Position numbers and translations under genes: made by a program. Positions 40,398 through 54,329 of a stretch of DNA of 64,000 bases are shown here, piece after piece. The notes beneath the pieces are model-generated. The model searched no databases and was not told the DNA's origin. It saw nothing but the letters and a program-made list of their open reading frames with translations. The stretch covers positions 71,982,001 to 72,046,000 of the forward strand of contig OX597818.1 in assembly GCA_951406725.2 (NCBI GenBank). The letters run 5' to 3'. Numbering within the stretch: position 1 is the stretch's first letter; every line of letters starts with the position of its first letter. The DNA is from Octopus vulgaris. Its lineage: Eukaryota.

Positions 40398-41880
40398 CCG
40401 TGTTGTGTGGACGCCCCCAGATGATGAAGTAGTAGGACGCTGGACGGACGGGCCGGTCAAGTTGCCCGGGGTCTGGTTCGGTCCGGACTTCCAAACAAAG
40501 AAGAACTGGGACTAGATAACGAGTAGGGTGGCCACTCTCACCCGGCAATGAGCCGACAGGAAGCTGTCCCTAAAAGGTTGGGCGGAGGTGACGAATTCGT
40601 ACATCGCATCCGTCATCAACTACCGTCCGACCCTACCATCACTAAACTGGAACGCACCCTCTTCCGCTTCATGTGGAAAGGAAGCGTTCCGATGGTCAGG
40701 CGATCCGTTTGCTAGCAACACCCGCTGAAAGGGGGACTGGGCATGCCGTGGTTGATGATGCGGAGACATACGCTTAGACTGCGACATCTCCGGCTCTACG
40801 TAGACGACAGTGAGCAGATCTGGTCGCCGTTTGTGAGGCGCGCTTTCCCGCAGCTCGTCTCCATGACCGAGCTGCAGTCGTGGATCAAGAAGAGGCCGAG
40901 GAAGGGCAACTCTGCCGTCCAGGGTCAACCTTGAGCGACTGCATCACAACCAAAGCATTCTACAGGGGATTAGTGGAGGGGAGGTACGACGAAGATGTAG
41001 GGGCGAACCTGGGCGTCGACGAGGAATACCTGACCCGCTTGTTCAAGACGACTTTCGGGCCGGGACCTGTGGACAACTTCCAGAGATCTCTAGCCTGGCA
41101 GTGCTACCGAGAAGCGATACTCGTTCGGGATAAGCTCTACAGACACGGCTCGAAAATTACGGGTCCGGCCTACCCGAGATGCGGTCAGAGCAACGAAACC
41201 GTTCTGCACGCACTCGTGCAGTGTCCAACCATTTCCGACCTGTAGGCTTATGTCGAACGACTGCTGTCATGTGTGGGACGAGTCTGTTTATCAGCCGAGT
41301 CTATCGTCAATATTGTCACGCCTTCTTCCTTCAAGCGGGAAGGAAGGTTTATTTTCATTGTACTTGTGGCTATGGTGAAAGAATGTATCTGGTGGACGAG
41401 TCTGAAAGGATTAGAGACAAACACTTTCCTCTCTGGTCAATCTCTCATCAACTTTTTCAAGTATCACTTGAAAAGGAAGGCGAGAGTAGAGAGGCAAGTT
41501 TTGTCTAGCGAATGTTTCAAAAATATATATGTTAATGTAGCAAGGATGTCAAGTATGACTGACTTGAGCAGGATCCTATGAACCGGAAAAAAAATTTGAA
41601 ACAGAGTTACTTACTTAAATAAATGTAAATAAATGTGTTAATAGGTGACCATAGTCTTTTCGTAGGTTTTTCTTTCTACGGATAAACCTCCCCATTTCTT
41701 GGGAACTTTATGTACGATTTCGATTTTTTTTGTGCGTATATTCCAAACAATTTTGATCCCTTTTGATCGTTGTCCCTAATTTTGTTTCTTTTTATACTTT
41801 GTTTTAGCCACCACGAAAAGAAAAATTCTACTTTGTATTTGTCGCCTCTATGTTCAGCACTGTGTGGCCAATAAAGAAAG

Positions 41881-41881
<1 letters not shown>
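40398..41881 (+). mobile_element. Tx1-type LINE (second family), 5'-truncated, degenerate, inside (ATCT)n
   Basis: Frames 40743-41581 are closely similar to 25568-26700; 3' end GGCCAATAAAGAAAGT(TATC)n. Confidence 0.92.
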
Positions 41882-41968
<87 letters not shown>

Positions 41969-41969
41969 G

Positions 41970-42191
41970 TGTGTGTCTTTGTATTTGTGTTTGTTCTCCC
42001 ACTACCGTTTGACAACCGGTGTTGGTGTGTTTACGTCGCCGTAAATTAGCAGTTCGAAAAAATTCGATAGCATAAGTACCAGGTTTTATAAAATAAATCC
42101 TGGGGTCGATTTGGTCGACTAAAACACTTCTAAGAAGTACCCCAGCATGGCCGCAGTCAAGTAACTGAAACAAGTAAAAGATAAAAGATAA

Positions 42192-42192
<1 letters not shown>
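41970..42192 (+). mobile_element. SINE family A, 3' half
   Basis: Tail CAGCATGGCCGCAGTCAA...GAAACAAGTAAAAGATAAAAG. Confidence 0.8.
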
Positions 42193-42281
<89 letters not shown>

Positions 42282-42890
42282 GATGCTCCAGCATGATCGC
42301 AGCCGCATGGCTGAAACTAGTTAAATAATAAAAAAAATATATATATATAGGCACATGTAGAAATTATCTATAAATGCATGTGTACATACATTCACGAACG
42401 CATACAATTATTATACATCCCCCATATCCCCACTTTTACACACACACATATATAGATACATGCATGATGCATGCAAACCTCACCAGATTTCTCTCCACCC
42501 ACTCTTTCACAATATATATATATATATATATGAGATAAATGTATAGAATTCATTGAAAATACGTTGAAAGTTGGCAATGTTGTATCTGAACTGGTTACCA
42601 GAAAATGTATGTTTACTAAATGATAATCTAATGAAACAGAATTAACGTAAACAAGTTTTACAGGTTAATCGAGAGTTTACTGGAGGGAACTTCACTAAAA
42701 CAGCTGTTCCATGTCTCCAGTCTGGACTACTTCCTTAATATAGCGAAAGTTCTTACTTGTCAATTTTGTAGTGAAAACTGCGTTTAAAATTTTGAACCAT
42801 TACGTCATTACATCTCCAACTAATTTATGCCTTACGATGTGTCTTTTATTTTCAATTTTGGGTTAATTATCAAGTCACAGCACGGTCTAC

Positions 42891-42964
<74 letters not shown>

Positions 42965-43524
42965 TCCAAATGATTGATACGGAAGACAGAGTGTAACTAG
43001 ATGCTTTATTTTCGGCTACCTTCTGCATTGCTCCCTTATGGGTGGGGATCGATATAATGACATCAGATGCACCGTGCAGTGCGAAGGAGCCTCATCAGGT
43101 GACGAAATAGGCTTCAAATGTTATAAGATTTACAATTCGTTCCAAGCTAGATGGTGGTATTATAGTGTGTTGCTAGTAGTTCACACACATTGGTGAAGTA
43201 AGGACACTTGTGGTTAGTATACAGGAAGTGGCTGATAAAAACAAACACAAAAAATATAATGTAAAGGATGAGGAATTGTTAATAGCATTAGATCGAAAGG
43301 CCCTAAAGCGTGTGGAGATCTTTGTTATGGCAGTCAAGCACGGCGGCTTGGTCAAGAATTTAGAGTGGGTGTGATTCCAGCCTTTAGAATTGATGGCTGC
43401 TTAATTGCCCTATGGCCCATATTAATATTGCAACATTCACCAATTTACACTTACGCCTATATAGACGCATACAAGTACTCATAAACACACTCACATACGC
43501 ACGCACACACGTGCAAACACATAC

Positions 43525-43564
<40 letters not shown>

Positions 43565-43684
43565 GCATATACAGACACGTACAAGTTCACATTCACATAA
43601 ACTCGCACATATGCACGCATATATAGTTATGCAAAGGTACTTCATTTCCTAATTTTTGGAGGAACATTTTGGATATATATATAC

Positions 43685-43727
<43 letters not shown>

Positions 43728-43769
43728 TATGTGTGTGTGTGTGTTTGTGTGTGTGTGCATGTGAATTTA

Positions 43770-43965
43770 TATCTTTTATCATTTACATGTTATTTGTTTC
43801 AGTCATTAGACTGTGGCCATGCTAGGGCACCGCGTTGAAGAACTTTTAGTCGAATGAATCGACCCCAGTACTTATTTTTAAGCCTTGTACTTATTTTGAC
43901 GGTTTTTGCCAAACCGCTTACTTATGGGGTTATAAACACAACAACACTGGTAGAGGGGGGAAACA
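43770..43965 (-). mobile_element. SINE family A, diverged 3' half
   Basis: GTTTCAGTCATTAGACTGTGGCCATGCT motif. Confidence 0.7.
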
Positions 43966-43969
43966 CACA

Positions 43970-44005
<36 letters not shown>

Positions 44006-44088
44006 TATATATACATGTACATACATATATAAATAATCCTCTATTTCTCTAATATCGTGGTCTCATTCTTTTGTTGTTCCATTTTATT

Positions 44089-44177
<89 letters not shown>

Positions 44178-44179
44178 CA

Positions 44180-45518
44180 TTCAGCAGTTTTATTTTTATA
44201 ACGTGCTTTCACTTCACTACCGAGCGCAGCTCTGTGTGCCTTGGGTATATGCTGTGATTTGTTGTGATGCTCTGATGGTTACTGTATTGAAAGTGTTCTG
44301 CATAGGATGTGGGCAGTGCCTAGTAGTACAATTTTCTGTATGTTATATGTGTTTGCAAGTCCTGGTGTTTTTGTTACGTATTTGTCTGAATATTTTTTTC
44401 ATAGGAATTGTTTCTGTTTTTAGATTCCACATTCTAGTTACCTCTATTTCCAGGTCTTTGTATTTTGAAAGTTTCTCCATTTCTTTTAGAGACACGTTGT
44501 CATCTGCTGGTATTGATACATCAATTAGAAAGCATTTTTTTTCTTCATGATCTCTGACAACTATATCTGGTCTGTTGGCCTTAATTTCTCTACCTGTGTG
44601 TATTGGCATATCCCAGGGTATGGTTGCTTTCTCGTTTTCTGTGACCTTTTCTGGTGTGTGCCTATACCATCTTTTTTCTGTTGTTATTCCATAATATTGA
44701 CATAGCTTTCAGTGTATGTAGGTCCCAACTCTGTCGTGTCTGTGAATATATTCCTTCTTAGCCAGGACCGGGCAGCCAGAGATAATATGATTTATTGTTT
44801 CTTGTCCATCTCCACATATTCTGCAGTTACTTGTTATATTTCTTTTCATTACATGACATGTTTTTGGTAATTTCAGGTGGGGAGGCTTTGGTCTTGTGCT
44901 GCAATTAAAAAGCCCCCTGTCTCTGCTTTGAGTCCTGAGCTTCTCAACCATTGCTGGGGTTTTTCTTTGTCTATTTCTTTTGCATTTAGTTTAGTCCAGT
45001 ATTTGCCACGAAGGGGCTTTTCTTGCCATCGTTTATCATGGTTCGTTGCTGTTCAATTTTTAGTTTGGATTTCATTTGTTTTATAGCTTTTATTGTGTTT
45101 TCTTCTTCTTCTTCTTCTTCTTCTTCTTCTTCTTCTTCTTCTTCTTCTTCTTCTTCTTCTTCTTCTTCTTCTTCTTCTTCTTCTTCTTCTTCTTCTTCTT
45201 CTTCTTCTTCTTCTTCTTCTATTTGTTAGGTGGTATGATTTCTTGTTTGTATTTGTCAGCTTCCTTAAATACTAAGAACAATTTTTTGTTTTGCTCGTGT
45301 TTTGCCGCTATTTGTATCAGTTTTCCTTCCTTCTGAAGTAGGTATTTTTGTAGTCCTATGGTGGTTATTTTATAGTAGTTTTCCAGCTGTATAAGGCCTC
45401 TGCCACCTTCTATACGTTGTATATATAGCCTTTCTACGTCAGATTTTGGGTGATGCGTGCATCCTAGATCCTGTCATTATTTTTTCTTCTTCTTCTTCTT
45501 CTTCTTCTTCTTCTTCTT

Positions 45519-45549
<31 letters not shown>

Positions 45550-48500
45550 TTTGTTAGGTGGTATGATTTCTTGTTTGTATTTGTCAGCTTCCTTAAATAC
45601 TAAGAACAATTTTTTGTTTTGCTCGTGTTTTGCCGCTATTTGTATCAGTTTTCCTTCCTTCTGAAGTAGGTATTTTTGTAGTCCTATGGTGGTTATTTTA
45701 TAGTAGTTTTCCAGCTTTATAAGGCCTCTGCCACCTTCTATACGTTGTATATATAGCCTTTCTACGTCAGATTTTGGGTGATGCGTGCATCCTAGATCCT
45801 GTCATTATTTTTCTTGTTTTCCTATCTATTTTGGTTAGTTCATTTAGCGACCAGTTAAGGATATTGTAGCTGTAACTTATAACTGGGACGGCTCAAATGT
45901 TAATACCTATTATCTTGTTTTTAGCATTGAGCTCTGTTTTTGGTATTGATCTAACTCGTCTATAGTATTCTTTCTTTATTTTCTCTTTCATTTGTGTGTG
46001 TTGTGCCTTATCTAGTTCATGGATTCCTAAATATTTGTAAGTTTGGCTTTGGCCTAATTCTCTTATTTCATTGGCTTTATCTAGTGTGATGTTGCTATTC
46101 TTAACTAGTTTTCCTCTTTTCAGGGTTACTTTGGCGCATTTTTCTAATCCAAATTTCATATCTATTTCTTTGGTGAATCCATGAATTGTCTTTAATAGTG
46201 TTTCCAGCTGTTTGTCATTTGTAGCGTATAGTTTTAGGTCATCCATATATAAAAGGTGGCTGATCGTTTTGCCGTAACATTTATATCCGTATCCAGTTCT
46301 ATTTAGCATATCAGATAGAGGTGACAGTGCCAAGCAGAAAAGGAGTGGAGAGAGCGTATCTCCCTGGAATATTCCTCTTCAAATGGGGATGGCTCTGGTT
46401 TTCACGATTCCCTCTTTTGTTTGGAGCTGTAGCACTGTTTGCCATTTATTCATAGAGTGTGCATTTTATAATTGTTGGTGCTACTTTGTTAATGGCTAAT
46501 GTTTCGAGGATCCATATGTGGGGGATGCTATCAGACGCCTTTCTGTAGTCAATCCAGGCCATACTGAGGCCTTTCTTCTTTCTGTGGCTGTCTTCAGTTA
46601 TGGCTTTATTGATCATTAGTTGATCTTTACAGTCATATGAGCCTTTGCGGCATCCTTTCTTCTCTTCTGGAAACTGGTTGTTTTCGTCCAGGTGCTTGTT
46701 TAATCTTTGTGATATTACTGCAGTGAATGCTTTGTACATTGTAGGGAGACAGGTTATAGGTCTGTAGTTTTCTGGTTTTGCTGTCTCATTGGATTTGGGA
46801 ATTAAGATGGTTTTCCCCTTCGTGAGCCATTCAGGCACTGTTTCTGGCTCTGCCAGTATGTTGTTAAAGTTTTCAGCCAGCTTTTTGTGCATTCCTGTAA
46901 GATATTTCAACCAGAAGTTGGGGATCTTGTCCTGCCCAGGTGCCTTCCAATTGCTCAGTCTTTGCAGTGCCTGGGTGACCTCTTCAGTTGTTATGGGGGT
47001 CCAAAGTTGCTCAGATGCTGAGTTTTTTGTTTTAATACTCCTTTCTTTTGGTTGTTCTTTCGCCGACCATATTTCTTTCCAGAATTCTTCCACTTCTTCT
47101 GCCGTTGGTGCTGCAGTTATGTGTATTTTATTTTTGCCAAGTTCTTGGTAGAACTTTTGGGGGTCGGAGTTGAACTGTTTGTTTTGTTCAAAGAAACGTT
47201 GGCGTTTCTCTACCGGCGGATCCTTTGTGCTTTGGCAAGGATATCTTGCTTTAGCTTTTCTTTTATCTCAGGTAAATCTTTTTTCTGTGATGATGTATTT
47301 GCACAGTATTTTTGTTTTCTTTTTGTTGCTTAGTAGCATTGATTGTCTCCTGATTTCATTAAGAATCGACAGATCTTTTCTCATTTTTTGTATTTTTTGA
47401 TGTTATTTATCCACAGGGTTCGTTTGGGTGGTGGTACTCCTGTTTGGATGGGTTTGAGGGAGTATCCAGCTTGTTATGTGGCTGCAGTGGTTGCTGCATA
47501 TACTAAGTCATTTAGCTCAGTGATATCGCTATTTGTTTCAATGGCTATTAGTTCTGTGACGGCTAGGTTTATGCTGTTTATAATTGATGTTGTTTTTTTG
47601 TCTATTTTGATTTTTGGGCGGTATGGTCGGTGGTCCATTTTGAGATCTGTGTTTTTCAGTTCTTTGATTATTCTACTTTTTCTAGTATCATAATCATTAG
47701 GCTCCCCTTCGTTGTTTCCAGGTTTTAGATTTGTGTCACTTTCTTTCTCATTCGTATTTTTGTCTGTCGTGTTTTGACTTGCTGCTTGTCGTGCATTATT
47801 ATGTATCCTTACGGTCTGGGTTTGTTGTTTTTGTTTACATCGTTTTTGTTGGAAATGTTACGTTTGTCTTCGTGTTTTACTATCTCAGTGTTTATATTAT
47901 TTGGCATTGTTGTGTGGCTTCTATCTACATTTTCCTGATGTATTTTTTCTTTTAAAAGTTCTATTTCTATTTCTGATATTTTTTTGCGTTGAGAATATAT
48001 CCTCGTACGTTAGCTAGTTTATTAGGGTTCATTGCTGTATCCAAGTCTTTGTTTATGTTATTTTTCTTTCATATCTTATATGTATATGTTGTTGTGTTTT
48101 CGTTCTTTGGGTAGAGCACTGCTGTAAAGTAAGCGTGTAGGATTGAAATGTATTCCTCACGTGTCCATTTATGCATTTTTGGTTTTATTTGCGGGAAGTG
48201 AGGAACAACGTCCGGCCCATTATTTTGACGGTCGTCATTTTCGTTGGGTACCGGTCTGTTCATTTCTGTTGTCACATTGTTTTGCACGTGTAGTTTTTCG
48301 TACTTTTTGTGTAACAAATTTAAAGTACGTACTTCCCGATTGTTATTCTTGGGTTGAATAATACCGGTATTATTTAATTTGTTCGTAGTTTTTTTGTACA
48401 TGGCGTTTGGGGCCGGAGATGATCTGTTGTTGATGGATCGTAATGTATCAAGCATGTTTACATGGTTGGAGATGATATCGAGTTAAAATACATCATTTCA

Positions 48501-48665
48501 TTTGGAAAATAGCAATAAATTTCAATGAGTATTACTTACTCGGATATAGTCCAATCCTTTGTCAGTTATTTTTTGGCTCCATGCGATGTCTTTGTTTCCG
48601 ATGTTTGTGGATAGATTTCGGAGCACTGTTTTACCGCTCTCAGATGTTAAACGTCCCCCGGTGTT
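44180..48665 (-). mobile_element. R4/Dong-like RLE LINE, near full length, decayed
   Basis: Fragments: N-terminal KWTREEY (48069-48455), KAPGQD/ENYRPITCL/WIDY (46446-47093), LLYMDDLKLY (45893-46333), CCHC+RHD (44709-44951), RPDIV nuclease (44343-44609); 3' end abuts (TAA)n. Confidence 0.93.
45221..45812. repeat. internal tandem duplication (~264 bp x2) separated by (CTT)n
   Basis: 45221-45484 is near-identical to 45549-45812. Confidence 0.92.
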
Positions 48666-48777
48666 CTCTTCTTCTTCTTCTTCTTCTTCTTCTTCTTCTT
48701 CTTCTTCTTCTTCTTCTTCTTCTTCTTCTTCTTCTTCTTCTTCTTCTTCTTCTTCTTCTTCTTCTTCTTCTTCTTCA

Positions 48778-48808
<31 letters not shown>

Positions 48809-49224
48809 TGTATGTATGTATGTATGTATGTGTATATATACATATACACAAATATATACACATATGTGTGTGTGTGTGTGTGTGTGTACAGAGAGTGATG
48901 AGGTTAAATTTGAAGACTATGTCTACCCTTTTTTTCAGAAACAGTCGAAAATGCATTGGTGATCTGTCAACGGCGTTGGAGAGAGTAAAGATTAAAATTG
49001 AAGTTGAACAGTTAGTTGACATGGTGGACTGGAAGCCATCTGAATATATTAGAATCAAAGTACCGAAGCCACGACTGCTGCTCAGTGCTCTGTGAACAAT
49101 GTAAAGGCTGTCAAACACGACATAGACAACTGCAACAGAAACTAGGAGGAAGCGACGCAGCAGTTACTCTGACTGTGTCAACACTCCAGAATTTATCCCT
49201 ACAGCTTTCAGCAGGGCCTTAGGC

Positions 49225-49480
49225 TCAGTTCAGACGGTTATATGAATGTACTGGAGACTGTGGTCAATACCTGGCTACAGAGGTTCGCTACTGGAAAGTC
49301 ATATGTGTGGCAGCAGGATTCGAGTCCTTCCCATAACTCCGGAAAGAGTGAGAAGTGGTTGTCTGAACATTTCTACGATTTAACCCGGTTCAATTTCGAG
49401 ACTTCTGATTTCCCTGATTGTAATCCCATGAATTACTATGTGTGGGGTGCAGGTGAGAAATACTGGTCATTCTGTTTGCT
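49225..49480 (+). mobile_element. DD37D-type transposase fragment
   Basis: YVWQQDSSPSH...PDCNPMNYYVWG. Confidence 0.75.
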
Positions 49481-49692
49481 ATACAAAGGTCCAGCAGGTG
49501 ACTTGTGAATATATGATCAAATTCCACGTATGCTGGTCTTAAATTTATTTTCTCCAGTGTAAGGAACCTGTTACCTCCCAGCGACAGTCTAGTTGATATC
49601 TTTTGATTTTTAAACATACTCTTATTTTTGGAGTCTCTGCATGGCTGCAGTTCAGTGACCGAAACAAGTAAAAGACAAACGTGTATATATAT

Positions 49693-49767
<75 letters not shown>

Positions 49768-49773
49768 ATATAT

Positions 49774-49929
49774 GGAGTGGCTGTGTGGTAAGTAGCTTGC
49801 TAATCAACCACATGGTTCCGGGTTCAGTCCCACTGCGTGGCACCTTGGACAAGTGATTTCTGCTATAGCCCCGGACCGACCAATGCCTTGTGAGTGGATT
49901 TGGTAGATGGAAACTGAAAGAAGCCTGTC

Positions 49930-49977
<48 letters not shown>

Positions 49978-50187
49978 TTGTGTGTCTGTGTTTGTCCCCC
50001 TAGCATTTCTTGACAACCAACGCTGGTGTGTTTACGTCCCCGTCACTTAGCGGTTCGGCAACAGAGACCGATAGAATAAGTACTGGGCTTACAAAGAATA
50101 AGTCCCGGGGTCGATTTGCTCGACTAAAGGCGGTGCTCCAGCATGGCCGCAGTCAAATGACTGAAACAAGTAAAAGAGTAAAAGAGT
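49774..50187 (+). mobile_element. SINE family A, near full length
   Basis: Near-identical to the reverse complement of 411-826. Confidence 0.92.
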
Positions 50188-50505
50188 ATATATATATATA
50201 TATATTTTTAAAAGCAGCAGGAATGTAACAAATATACATACACACGTTTGTCTTTCACTTGTTTCAGTCATTAAACCGCGGCCATGCTGAGACTCCAAAA
50301 ATAAAGGTATATCTAAAAATCAAAAAAATATCAACTAGACTGTCAATGGGAGGCAACACTTTACTTATTATATGTGTATGTGTGTGTGTCATTATGTGTG
50401 CCATTTTCCCACACGTACAGTAAAACCTACCTTTTTTCTGTCGAGGCCTTATATGCCCCATTATTTAGACTATTTTCTGTAGTCATTGCTCGGTGATCGC
50501 TTTAT

Positions 50506-50641
50506 AAGCTTTAAACTTATAAAATATTATTATTATTATTTACAGAATTGTAAAAATCGACGCTGGTTAACAAAAAAACTATTGCGTCGATTTTTACAAT
50601 TCTGTAAATAATAATAATAGTATTTTATAAGTTTTAAGCTT
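50506..50641. repeat. near-perfect hairpin / MITE-like inverted repeat
   Basis: ~58-bp arms AAGCTT...GTAAAAATCGACGC / GCGTCGATTTTTAC...AAGCTT around a 20-bp loop. Confidence 0.88.
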
Positions 50642-50778
50642 ATATATATATATATATATATATATACTGGAAGCTAAAGAAGTCTGTTTTGACTTGCATA
50701 TCGTAGCCGGATTAAGGAACAAGTACAGAGTGCGTTAACCGGCTCTGTGGTTAATAACGGGTGGTGGTTCGCCCTCAA

Positions 50779-53034
50779 GAGTGCTGTGAAGGGCCAATCA
50801 CGGCCGAGGAGGTGATCGAAATGCTAGGCGAATGCCCTGGGGAGAAGTCGCCGGGTCTTGATGGTTTACCCTATGAATTTTATAAAAGTATGCCAGACTT
50901 GTTCGGGCACCTGCTGGCCAGCGTCTACACCAATTGGAAACAGAATGGGAGAATTCCCAAGTCTGCGAGTCAAGGGGTGGTGACGTTGATCAGGAAGGAC
51001 CCGAGTAAGGGGGACGAAATAGGAAATTTTAGGCCCATAACTCTGTTGAGCACAAAGTTAACGATTTTGGCCAAGGTGCTAGTGAAAAGGTTGGCGCGTT
51101 GCGTGGAGAGACTTGTAGGAGAAGCGCAAACGTGCGCTATCCCGGGCAGGTCGATCCACGACAATCTCCATTTTATACGCTACTCCATAGAGGGCACTGG
51201 TATATTTAGACCAGTCTAAAGCATTTGATAGGGTCGACCATCGGTACTTGGCGGCGGTCCTCCATGAGGCTGGCCTGGGCCCGATCTTCCGCGGTTGGAT
51301 TGCGTGTTGTATAGCGACATTGAGTCTGTCGTGAAAGTGAATGGTTTCTTTTCGAAGCCATTCAAGATCGAGCACTCAGTGAGTCATGAGTGTCCCCTGT
51401 CTCCGCTTTTGTATGTATTGGCTCTTGAGCTATTGCTGCGGACGTTGGAGGCACTGGAGAGCGTGCTGCATGATCTATGATGTGGAAGAGGAGTTACGAC
51501 TCATGCGGATGACATCTCCATCATCGTGGCGAATGAGATATAGCTTCAAGTGGTGGAAGAGGCCATCAAAATTTACGAGGCGGTGGCAGGAGCAAAAGTT
51601 AACAAGGGCAAGTCGGTCGGTTTGCAACTCGGCACCTGGATGGGCAAGCTGATGGCGTCCAAAATGTCGTGGGGCGTTGGACGGAAGGTCTTGTTAAGCT
51701 GCTCGGAGTCTGGGTTGGTCCAGACCTCCAGATAGAGAAAAATTGGAGTGAGGTCACCAGCAAGGTGACTGCTCTAACCCAGACCTGGTTTGGGTGGGCG
51801 TTATCCTTGCTAGGGAGGGCGAAGGTGGTGCAGATGTTTATAGCATCAGTAATCATCTACTGTCTGACCGTGGTACCTTCCCCGATTTGTGGCTGAACAA
51901 GTTGGATTCTTTTTGTGGAAGGGAGGCAAGCCATTTGTGAAGCGCTCTGTCTGTTGCCAGAAACTGCTAAAAGTTGGGCTAGGGATGCCTTGGCTGAAGA
52001 TGCGAAAATTCACGTTAAGGCTGAGGCACCTCTAGCTTTACCTGGATAGGGAGCAGGTGTGGTCACCGCATGTCCAGTTCTATCTTCCGCAATTAACGTC
52101 CTTAACATGGATCATGTAGAGACCTAGGCTGGGGGACTTGCAGCTGGAGTGCCGTCAGGCACTTCAGCTGCTCTCTCGGGCGGGAAATGCCGGCAGCAGG
52201 AGTTTATAGCGGGTTTGTGGAGTTTATGTCCTTAGACGCCTTGGGGGAGACCCTAGGCTACGATGAAAATCAGTTGATCAACCTGTTCAGGAGAGCTTTT
52301 AGGCTGGGGTATCTGAACAGTTATCAGAAATCCCTGGCTTGGCAGTGCTTCCGTGCGGCGTTACCTGTTCATGATAAACCGTCAAGGCACGGAAGTGCCG
52401 TCTCACCGACATCTCCGAGGTGCAGGCAGGACAGGGAAACCGTCTTACATGCATTTGTGGAGTGTCTGGAATTAACGTAACTGATAGCTTTCATAGAACA
52501 ACTGTTGTCATCGATTGGAAGAGTACAGCTATCGGCTGAGTCTATCATCGACATTGTGCCTCCTTCCCTTAACAGGGAGAGAAAAGCTTGCTTTTTCTGC
52601 GTAGTAGCCTTACTGAAAGAAACAGTATGGAAGACGCGTGTGAAAGGAATAGTGATGGGTGCCTTTGTATTTGGCCAGGGGTTAGTTAACTTTTTTAGTT
52701 ACCAACTCAGTAGTAATATCAGCCTGGAGAAGAGGTACCTGTCACGAGAAAGATTCGATAAAAGATGGAAGCTTTTGGGAAGAAAGCTGGTAGAAAGTGG
52801 CACCAGGTAAGTGGAGACCCAGAAGAAAAGCAAAGGTTCTACCCTGGTGACCGGATGTCTTTCCTTTAAGGAATACACTGCATGTTGTGGTGGGTATCAT
52901 AAAATTTTAAAACTGAATTTTTAAACGATTCATCATTCGATAAAATGAACATTTTAATCGTCACAGCTTCTTCATCCTTTTATGTTTGTCTGTCCTCGTT
53001 TGTCCCCTCCTGCATGACAAATTTTAATGAAATA
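50779..53034 (+). mobile_element. Tx1-type LINE (SINE-associated family), 5'-truncated, degenerate
   Basis: [31 protein letters not shown], zf-RVT-like region in broken frames; 3'UTR ends AATAAA and runs directly into the SINE A head remainder. Confidence 0.92.
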
Positions 53035-53150
53035 AAGAAGCTTGCTTCCCAACAACTGCATGACACTTTGAGTAAGTGTCTTCTACTGTAGCCTCAGGCC
53101 GACCAAAGCATTGTGAGTGAATTTGATAGGCAGAAGCTGAAAGAAGCCTG

Positions 53151-53209
<59 letters not shown>

Positions 53210-53418
53210 TGTGTGTGCCTGTGTCTGTGTTTGTCCACCATCGCTTAATAACCGATATTGGTGTGTTTACGTCCTCGTAATTTAACGGTTCGTCAAAAGT
53301 GACCGATAGAATAAATACTAGGTTTACAAAGAATAAGATCTGGGATCGATTTGTTCAACTAAAGGCGGTGCTCCAACATGACTACAGTCAAATCACCGAA
53401 ACAAGTAAAAGAATAAAA
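53035..53418 (+). mobile_element. SINE family A lacking its first ~22 nt
   Basis: Begins AAGAAGCTTGCTTCCCAAC immediately after the LINE 3' end. Confidence 0.85.
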
Positions 53419-53532
53419 GTATATATATATGTATGTATGTGTGTGTGTGTGTGTGTAAATATATATTATGTGTGTATATATCTATGTAAAGTATACACAA
53501 CCAAATCTCCCGACTCACCCGCGCAGTGTGTC

Positions 53533-53564
<32 letters not shown>

Positions 53565-54329
53565 TGTATGTATGTATGTATGTATGTATGTATGTGTGCA
53601 TGTATGTATGCATGTATGTGTTATGTATTTATGTATCTTTTATTTATTACTTGTTTGACTCAAGGAATGTACAAATTCCTTTAATTCTCTACGTGATTAA
53701 GATATGAGTTGACGCGGAGGAAATTAGGAGAATTGGCGTGAAGTCACGTCTTACCAGATCCTTCTGTGACAAACATAAATATGTAAACAAATACGAAACT
53801 TTTAATAAATATCAAGTCATGTTTTAAAAATGTGATGTGGTTTTATTTAACCCATGGTCAGTCCTAAATGAGTAAATTTGCTTTCTGTATCATTCAAGCA
53901 TGACCATTCTTTTCTTCCTAAATGGAAATTGTAACGAGTCCTTTTTTTTTTTTTTTGGCGTATTATGAAATTTGCAGATCATATAGCTGTTATTTCTACC
54001 AAATCAAATAACCACTCTGACTATCCCTGGCAGTCTGAAAGTGAGTTCTAACATTGACACATTTTGAAATAGGATTATTGTCAATTTGATTGACCCTCCT
54101 CTCTTCACTGCTTTTATCTACCAAGGGCGGGATTTTAATTCAGATCATCAAGCTGATTAACTAATTAGTGCAATACATTATGTTCGCTGCTCTGTTGAAT
54201 GCATCATTCTCCAAATAACTCGTGGGGCACGATATGGGCCAACATTAAAATGCCTCTTCACTGTTTAAGTTATCTCAGCTCGTAACCTGATAATAATAGT
54301 TCTCAATATTTAGTCCTCCCATCCCGCCG

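Noticed and set aside
48612-48650. Hammerhead-like CUGAGA...GAAA at the 5' end of the RLE LINE (minus strand)
   Set aside because: Core spacing does not fit CUGANGA and there is no stem I or III; only a short GAGC/GCTC hairpin.
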